Shown: in pieces, positions 57,541 through 64,000 of the stretch
How positions within the stretch are numbered: position 1 is the stretch's first letter
How the letters are laid out: each line of letters starts with the position of its first letter
Program-made: the position numbers and the translations under genes
The notes under the pieces: model-generated
Told to the model about the DNA's origin: nothing
The model's input: only the letters and a program-made list of their open reading frames with translations
Databases searched by the model: none
Assembly: GCA_965240325.2 (NCBI GenBank)
Contig: OZ251233.1
Span: 868,001-932,000 of the forward strand
Reading direction: 5' to 3'
Length of the DNA: 64,000 nucleotides
DNA from: Rebecca billardiae RCC1528
Taxonomy: Eukaryota > Protista > Haptophyta

Positions 57541-58861
57541 GGCGGGCGCGACGGCGGCGCCGGCGCGACGGCGGGTCCTGCGGGGCCCGGCGTGTGCCGC
57601 GGCCGTCCCGCCCGCCGCACAGCCGGCCGCCGCATCAGCCCGGCGCTGGTGCGGATGACACGCCGCCGCCCGCACTGCCGCCCCGGCCGCCCGCGGCTCG
57701 GCCGCAGACGTCAGTGGCGGGTCGGGAGGCGCGCGGAGTCCGAGCAGCTGGGCCAGGCTCCGGGAGGGTGCGCCGAGCTCCGCCGGCCGCAACGGCCGCG
57801 GCGTGCCAGTGAACGCGCAGAGAGCACGGCTGGCACGCGGCGGCTGCGCGCTGCCACGCCGTCCAGGCGAGCGTGGCACCGAGCCGGCGGGAGCCGGCGG
57901 ATTGCAGCAGGCGCGAGGGAGGAAGGGGTGGGGTTGGGTGCATGTGCGTGAGGCGTCATGGCCACGGGGAGTCCGGTTGGCCGGACGCGAGCTCGGTGGC
58001 TGGCGCGCCCGTCCCCCCGCCGAGTGCCCAACATGACGGCCCCTTGCCGCAATCTGCGAGCGGCGCCGTGCGTGGCCCCGCGCCAGCCTGATCCGTGCTC
58101 ACGGCGCACTGCGCGCGCACGGATCAGGCCGGCGCGACCATCTGCACGGCGAGACATCCACGCTCACACGGCATGGGGCTTGAGAAGCAGGGCACGCAGG
58201 GCGGGGTGATCAGCGCGTCCAGTCACATCCAGTCGTGTGCCGGTGGCTTGATGATATATGCTGCGCTGCTGAGTTACTGTGATTGCGGCGCGGCCACGGG
58301 CGCCCAGCGCCCCAGCGGGTCTAGCCGTCTAGGACTAGATGCTGAACGCGCCCGAGCCGCCCGACGGCGACGCGGGCCGACGGCCGGACACGCGTCGTCG
58401 TCACATTATTGACGAGTGGCGGCTGATGCAGACTACGCGACGACTGTGACTAGCAGTCTATAATGAGACGTCCGCGCGGCCGGCCGGCCGGCCGTCCGGG
58501 GGGCCGTTCTGCGCCGCGGCGGCCAGCTGCTGACTCATCACACACGATATCGCAGAGGCCTGCTGTGTTATTTGGTGCTGGCTGCTCCGCACATCTGATC
58601 ACGTAATCACGTCTGATCTGAGATACAGTATGCAGAGATATCGTAGCCAGACAGCATTGAGACACTGCGCTGATGAGCATCATAATGATGACGATGATAA
58701 TGGTGCATTGCATCCCGCCCAGCGCTGCCCCTCACTTGCTCCGCGCCGACGGGACTGCGCACACGCCCGATGCGCTCGTCTCGGGGCCCTCAGCCCTGCC
58801 TCTGATGCAAGTCCGTATTGGACCCATGGCGGACATCCTCGACCTCGCATGAGGCCCCTGC

Positions 58862-59821
58862 TCACGTGCACGCGCGCTCAAACTTGGTCGCCTTCACGCC
58901 GTGCTCGCCGCGCACGTCGAGCGAGGCGAAGCGGTGGGCGTCGGGCGTGTCGAGCGGCGGGGGGAACGGGCGTGCGGACTCGGCGCCGAGCGCCGCGCGC
59001 ATCGCCGCGTACCCCTCCTCGCGCGGCTGCTCCCACCGCTCGCTCACGCCCTCGAGCTTCATCACGGCCGCGTGCTCCGGGTTGGCCATGCTCATCGCGA
59101 AGAGCGCCTTCGCGAACGCGTCGCGCTTGGCGGCGGGGAGGGTGGGCATGGCGTCGAACTGGCAGTGGTCGAAGGGCGGCACCACGCCGTCGATGACGAG
59201 CAGCTGCCCCTTCCCCTTGCCGTTCACGCTGCCGTCCGCCAGCCCTCGCTTCCACATCACGTCAGACACGAAGCCAGCGTCCACCTCGCCCGCGCCAAGC
59301 GCGCGGAGCACCTCGAGCTCGCCCGCGGCGGTGTCGCCGTGCTTGCCGACGTCGCGGTCGAAGCGCACGACGTGCAGGCTCTTGAGCAGCTCCGCGCCGT
59401 CCGGGGCCGCGCTCAGCGCCTGCAGCGGCAGGACGCACGCCTGCGGCGAGTCGAAGCAGCCGAGCGCGAGCCGCTTGCCCTTCAGGTCAGCCACGGCCTT
59501 GATGCCCGCGTCCTTGCGCACGACGAGGTGGGTGCGGAAGTCGCGGTCGCAGTCGCGCATCCCGAGCGAGACCGACTTGCCCCCCGTGCGCTTCTGCAGC
59601 CGCACGTGCGCCAGCGGGCCGTTCCACGCGATGTCAATATGGCCGCCCACCAGCGCCTCCATCTGCCGGTCGTACGAAGTGAACATGACGAAGTCGAAGG
59701 GGACGCCCGCGGCGACGAAGTACTGGCGCATGCCCTCCCAGATCGTGCCGATCGACTCGGCGTACGCCACGCAGCCGAGGATGATCGTCCCGTCGTCGCG
59801 CTTGCTGCTCGAGGCCCCCAT
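58862..59821 (-). CDS. PhnD/SsuA-fold (phosphate/phosphonate-type) substrate-binding protein, bacterial-like, no signal peptide
   Basis: ILGCVAY...IWEGMRQYF...FTSYDRQMEALVGGHIDIAWNGPLA, MRDCDRD, IKAVADLKGKRLALG..DSPQA, VGKHGD, FDHCQF. Confidence 0.8.
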   Translation of the reverse strand: MGASSSKRDDGTIILGCVAYAESIGTIWEGMRQYFVAAGVPFDFVMFTSYDRQMEALVGGHIDIAWNGPLAHVRLQKRTGGKSVSLGMRDCDRDFRTHLVVRKDAGIKAVADLKGKRLALGCFDSPQACVLPLQALSAAPDGAELLKSLHVVRFDRDVGKHGDTAAGELEVLRALGAGEVDAGFVSDVMWKRGLADGSVNGKGKGQLLVIDGVVPPFDHCQFDAMPTLPAAKRDAFAKALFAMSMANPEHAAVMKLEGVSERWEQPREEGYAAMRAALGAESARPFPPPLDTPDAHRFASLDVRGEHGVKATKFERACT

Positions 59822-60035
59822 GCTTCACGAGGTCGTGGAGTCTGGATGCACACGCCCACGCGCCCGGCGAAGAGCCTCGGCCTTCCCGCCCGGCCCGCTT
59901 TTCCGGCGACGCGCGAATAAAAGAAAGCCAGCCATCGTATCCCGTATCCACACCCTCCGTCACGACCTTGTGCCCAGGGCCGCGTGGCCGCGTCCGCCCA
60001 CCTCCGCCCCTTCCAAAACCTCCAGCAGCGTCGGC

Positions 60036-62351
60036 ATGAGCGGGCTCCGGCGCGGGCAACAGCGCGGCGGGAAGGGCAGGCCGAAGAAGACGCCCGGCGG
60101 CTCCCAGCTCGGCAAGGCGCTCACCAACCAGCAGCGCGCCACGCAGCGCGCGCACGTGCTCGTGGCGCGCGAGCAGGACGGCACACTCGAGACTGAGCGC
60201 GGCAAGGGCAAGATGCGCTCGGTGACGGACTGCGACGACCTGGAGGACTTCATGGCGCGCGCATCGCTCGCAAACACCGACTTCACCGCGACCGAGCGCG
60301 CGCACATGGTCGTGCTCCACTCGTCGGTCGTGCAGCGCGGAAGGCACGAGCGCGCGCAGGTGGGGCATGCGCTGCTGCGCGTGCCCCGCCGGCCCGCGTG
60401 GACGGCGGAGACGACGGCGGACGAGCTCGAGCAGCTCGAGAACGAGTCATTTCTCGAGTGGCGCCGCGGCCTCGCCGAGCTCGAGGTGCGCGCCTCTCCC
60501 ACCCGGGGTGCGCACGCGCTCGAGCGCGCGCCCGCTGCGCGCCTGCGCGCGCGCTCGCGCCAGAGCTGAGCGCGCGCACGCACGCGCGCGGTGCCGCCGC
60601 GCGCTCCCGGCGCGCAGGAGGGCGGCGCGCTGCTCACGCCGTTCGAGCGCAACCTCGAGGTCTGGCGCCAGCTCTGGCGCGTCCTCGAGCGCTCCGACCT
60701 CGTCGTCCAGATTGTTGACGCGCGCAACCCTCTCTTCTTCCGCTGCGAGGACCTCGAGCGGTACGCGGCCGAGCTGGGCGGCGCGGGCGCGGCTGCGCTC
60801 GGCGGCGCGGGCGCGGCCGGGCTCGGGACCACGGGCGCGGAGGGCAGCGCGGGTGCGGTGGGCGGCGCCGAGCACGGCGCCGGCGGAGCGGGCGGCGGGC
60901 CTCGGCTCCCAGGCGGAGCGGGCGGCGCGCCTTGGCACCCCAAGCGCTCGCTGCTCGTGTTGAACAAGGCCGACCTGCTGCCCGCGCACCTGCGCGCGCG
61001 CTGGGCGGCGTACCTGCGCGCCCAGGGCGTCGAGTTCGTCTTCTTCTCCGCGCTCGCCGCCGGCGCAGAGATGGAGGTGGCGCAGTCCGCGCTCGCGCGC
61101 GCCGAGGCGGAGGCGGAGGCGGAGGCCGAGGCGGCGGAGGAGGGAGGTGGCGAGGGTGGTGGCGGCGCGGAGGCAGCGCCGCCGCCGAGCGGCGCCGCGA
61201 CGGCGGCGGCGGAGGAGGCGGCTGGCGCGGTGCGCAGCGACGAGCACGTGTACGGCCGTGACGAGTTCCTGCAGCTGCTGCTCGCGCGCTGCCCGGCGCG
61301 GAGCGACGAACCGGCGGGCGGCGGCGCGCCGGGCGCCGCCGGCTCGCACCCGGTGTACCGCTGGAACGTCGGGTTCGTGGGGTACCCGAACGTGGGCAAG
61401 TCGTCGACGATCAACGCGCTGGTCTCGTCGAAGAAGGTGAGCGTGAGCTCGACGCCGGGCAAGACCAAGCACTTCCAGACGCTCGCGTGCCCGGACGAGC
61501 CTCGGCTGTGCATCTGCGACTGCCCCGGGCTCGTCTTCCCCTCGCTCGCCGGCTCGCGCGCGCAGATGCTCTGCGATGGCGTGCTCCCGGTCGACCAGAT
61601 GCGCGAGCACATGAGCGCGGTGGAGGAGCTGTGCGCGCGCGTGCCCGTGCACGAGCTCGAGCGCGCGTACGGCCTCTCGCTCGCGCGCCGCCGGGGCGAC
61701 GGCGGCGGCGGCGGCGGCGGCGGCGGCGTCCAGGGCGCGCAGGAGGAGGCGGACGAGGCCGTCGAAGAGGCCGTGCCCTTCTCCCGCGCGCGCGAGTTGC
61801 TCCTCGCGCACGGCATCGTGCACTCCTTCCTGAACAAGGGCGGGCAGCCGGACGAGAGCCGCTCCGCGCGGCTGGTGCTGAAGGACCTGATCAACGGGCG
61901 GCTGGCGCACTGGCAGACGCCGCCGGACGGGCTGGCCGGGCACGACGAGCTGCGCTTTGGCGCGGAGGCGGGCGGCGCGGAGGCGGGCGGCGCGGAGGCG
62001 GGTGGCGCGGAGGCGGGCGGCGCGGAGGCGGGCGGCGCGGGCGAGCTGGCGCGCCGCCCGCCGCTCACCGTGGAGCGCTACCTGCGCGACGCGAGGTTCG
62101 ACGCGCAGGAGGCGGTGGAGATGGGCCACGCCTGCGGCGGCGACGGGCGGCATGGCGGCGGCGGCGGCGGCGGCGGCAAGCGCGGCAAGGGCAAGAAGGG
62201 GGCGCACCGGAGGGGGCCACACGCCACGGGCGGCGGCGGCGACGACGAGGACCCGATGGCGCGCTTCGCCGTGCCCGTCTCGGGCGGCGGCTTCCCCGGG
62301 CAGCCGCGGCTTCCCGACCGGATGGTCGCGACGGGCCCGTCGATCGTGTAG
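60036..62351 (+). CDS. LSG1: Large subunit GTPase 1 (circularly permuted GTPase, 60S biogenesis), ~727 aa; exons 60036-60485 and 60618-62351
   Basis: LRVPRRPAW, FLEWRRGLA, LTPFERNLEVWRQLWRVLERSD, LNKADL (G4) before GYPNVGKSS (G1), STPGKTKHFQT, DCPGLVFP. Confidence 0.93.
60486..60617 (+). other. Predicted 132-nt GT-AG intron in LSG1 (contains in-frame TGA)
   Basis: CTC GAG|GTGCGC...GCGCGCAG|GAG GGC. Splicing restores the conserved WRR..LA.LEE....LTPFERN spacing. Confidence 0.88.
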
Positions 62352-62784
62352 CCCGGCTCTGCGCGGCTGATTGCGCTCAGTGTCCTCGCGCGCGCGCGAA
62401 GCAGCTGGCACGCCGCCCTGCCGGCGCGCGGGCAGCGCTTGCCGGCCGCGCGCGGGCAGCGCGAGCGGCCGCCCGCCGCGGCGCGGAACAGGCGCGAGGC
62501 GGCGTGGATGGCGCCGAGATCGCACGGCCGGAGGGACGCGAGCACGCTCTCAACTAGAGCAGCCGGCAGGTCGGCCAGCTATCGCGCCACCTCGGCGTCC
62601 CAGCCCCGCCGCCGGGGCCAGCGCCAGTGGGTCCGCCATTGAGCGGGTCCAGGGCCACCCTCGGCCGGCCCGCGCCAAATTTCAGCATCGGGCATACGTA
62701 TCCTGCTTCTATCGTCCGATATTTCGCGAAAAGGCGCTATAAATTGTCACCACGCCGCCGCGACGATTCGTTCGGCCAACCGTG

Positions 62785-64000
62785 ATGGCGGTGGCCCCCG
62801 TGGAGCGCGCGCCATCTCCGCCGGGCAGGGCGAGCTCCTTCCTGGCGGAGCAGCTGCGCGTGCTGGCGGTGCGCGCGCTTGGCATCTTCGTGGCCGTCGC
62901 CTGGTCCCAGTTCCTCGGCAGCCTCTTCGAGGTGGCGACTGAGGACGAGGCGCAGGCGGGCCGCATCGCCACGACCAGCGCGGTGTGCGCGACCAGCTAC
63001 GCGCTCGCCGCCTTCTCGCTGTACGTGTACGCGGGGCGCGGCGACGTGGATGGCGTGATCGTCGTGCTCGTCTCGGTCGGCGAGCTCGTCGCCGTCTCCT
63101 TCCGCGACCTCGCCGAGGAGTGCGTCGGCGTCCTCGACGCCGAGGTCCACGCCAACACAGGCCACATGGTGCGCGCGGCCGAGGCCGACTTTGCGACGGC
63201 GCTGGCGATCTTCGCGCTCGGCGTCGGGATCATCCTCGGGCTCTCGCACGCGCGCGCGCCGCGCACCTCGCCGCTCCTCCACGCCGCCCTCACCTCCGTC
63301 GAGATGGACGCGTTCGGCTTCTGCGCCGGCTGGGCGCTCAACGACGCTTGCTACCACGCTATCCTGCGCAACACGCGCGCCGAGGCGAACGGTGCGCGCG
63401 CGCCCGCACGCCGCCGCGCGGCTGGGCCCCGGGGGGCTGGGGCGGGCGGGCGGCGTGTGTGTGCGCGCGCGCGCGTGCGCGTGTGTGTGCCCCTCACGCC
63501 GCGCCACCGCCACCCCGCAATGTTCCTCCCCCTCCTCCTCCTCCTCCTCCTCCTCCTCCTCCTCCTCCCCTCTCTCTGCTGTGTGTGTGTGTGCGTGTGC
63601 GTGCGCGTGCTGCCCCGCCTCCGCGCGCCGTTGCGCCCGCCCTGCCCGCTGCCGCCCGCCTCCGACTGTGCTCACACCGACCCACGCCCGTGCCTGCTTT
63701 GCGCGCGCTCACTCACTGACTGATCACTCACTGACTGATCACTCACTGACTGATCACTCACTGACTGATCACGCACTGACTGATCACGCACTGACTGATC
63801 ACGCACTGCCTGGCCCGCCATCAGTCTGGGCTTGCTTTGTCTACTGCCTGCTGATGCTGCAGCTCGGCCAGGCGGCCATCCTGCGGGTGGGCCTGGCGCT
63901 GCACCGCCTCCCGCTCGGCTCGGCCACGCTCGACGTGCTCGAGCACCTGCACGGCCACGCGTGGGCGTTCGTGCTCGGCCTTGCGCTCGCGTACTGGCTG
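62785..64000 (+). CDS. Multi-pass membrane protein of unknown function, 3' partial; exons 62785-63391 and 63825->64000
   Basis: Several hydrophobic helices (ALGIFVAVAWSQF, FATALAIFALGVGIILGL). After the predicted intron the frame continues VWACFVYCLLMLQLG...AWAFVLGLALAYWL to the window end. Confidence 0.7.
63392..63824 (+). other. Predicted 433-nt intron with (CTC)n, (GT)n and a 15-bp tandem repeat
   Basis: AAC G|GTGCGC...CATCAG|TC TGG, phase 1 at both ends. Confidence 0.75.
63711..63808 (+). repeat. 15-bp minisatellite AC(T/G)CACTGACTGATC, ~6.5 copies
   Basis: Four actcactgactgatc units, then two acgcactgactgatc units and a partial unit. Confidence 0.92.

Noticed and set aside
58818-60569. 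583-aa plus ORF as one protein
   Set aside because: Its first part is antisense to the PhnD-like gene; only 60036-60485 is LSG1 exon 1.
63524-63610. Poly-Leu/CVCV segment as a transmembrane helix in ORF 62782-63723
   Set aside because: Translation of intronic (CTC)n and (GT)n microsatellites.
1-64000. tRNA/rRNA genes
   Set aside because: None recognisable by eye; tRNAscan-SE and Infernal would be needed to exclude small ncRNAs.

Overview
Very GC-rich eukaryotic genomic DNA with compact genes, short GT-AG introns and many poly-Gly/Ala tracts. The composition suggests a haptophyte alga such as Pavlovales/Diacronema (inference only). About half the window is one giant minus-strand gene (44523->12620). 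A 158-nt frame-shifting intron joins the 4348-aa and 6394-aa ORFs of the track, and a 336-nt in-frame intron is also removed, predicting a ~10,470-aa (~1 MDa) protein. Its apparent domain order is: ubiquitin-like, CUB-like, FN3 split by an RRM-like insert, DUF3638/DUF3645 SF2-helicase-like P-loop core with an inserted SCP2-like domain downstream, three SPRY domains, RI-type LRRs, ankyrin repeats, and a C-terminal polycystin/TRPP-type channel with a non-canonical pore. Two copies of a diverged ~115-135-bp AT-rich repeat bracket this gene in inverted orientation. Other genes: a partial hypothetical, GT8 glycosyltransferase, pepsin-like protease with poly-Pro insert, DUF604/fringe-like glycosyltransferase, bacterial-type acetolactate decarboxylase with an RHH-like N-terminus, zf-PARP/F-box/LRR protein, EsV-1-7 repeat protein with two hypervariable cassettes, divergent kinesin-14, coiled-coil hypothetical, flavin monooxygenase, PhnD-like binding protein, LSG1 GTPase and a partial membrane protein. 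Five gene pairs are head-to-head with only 92-214 bp between ATGs. I saw no rRNA, tRNA or CRISPR array. All domain calls are from motif recognition by eye, not database searches.
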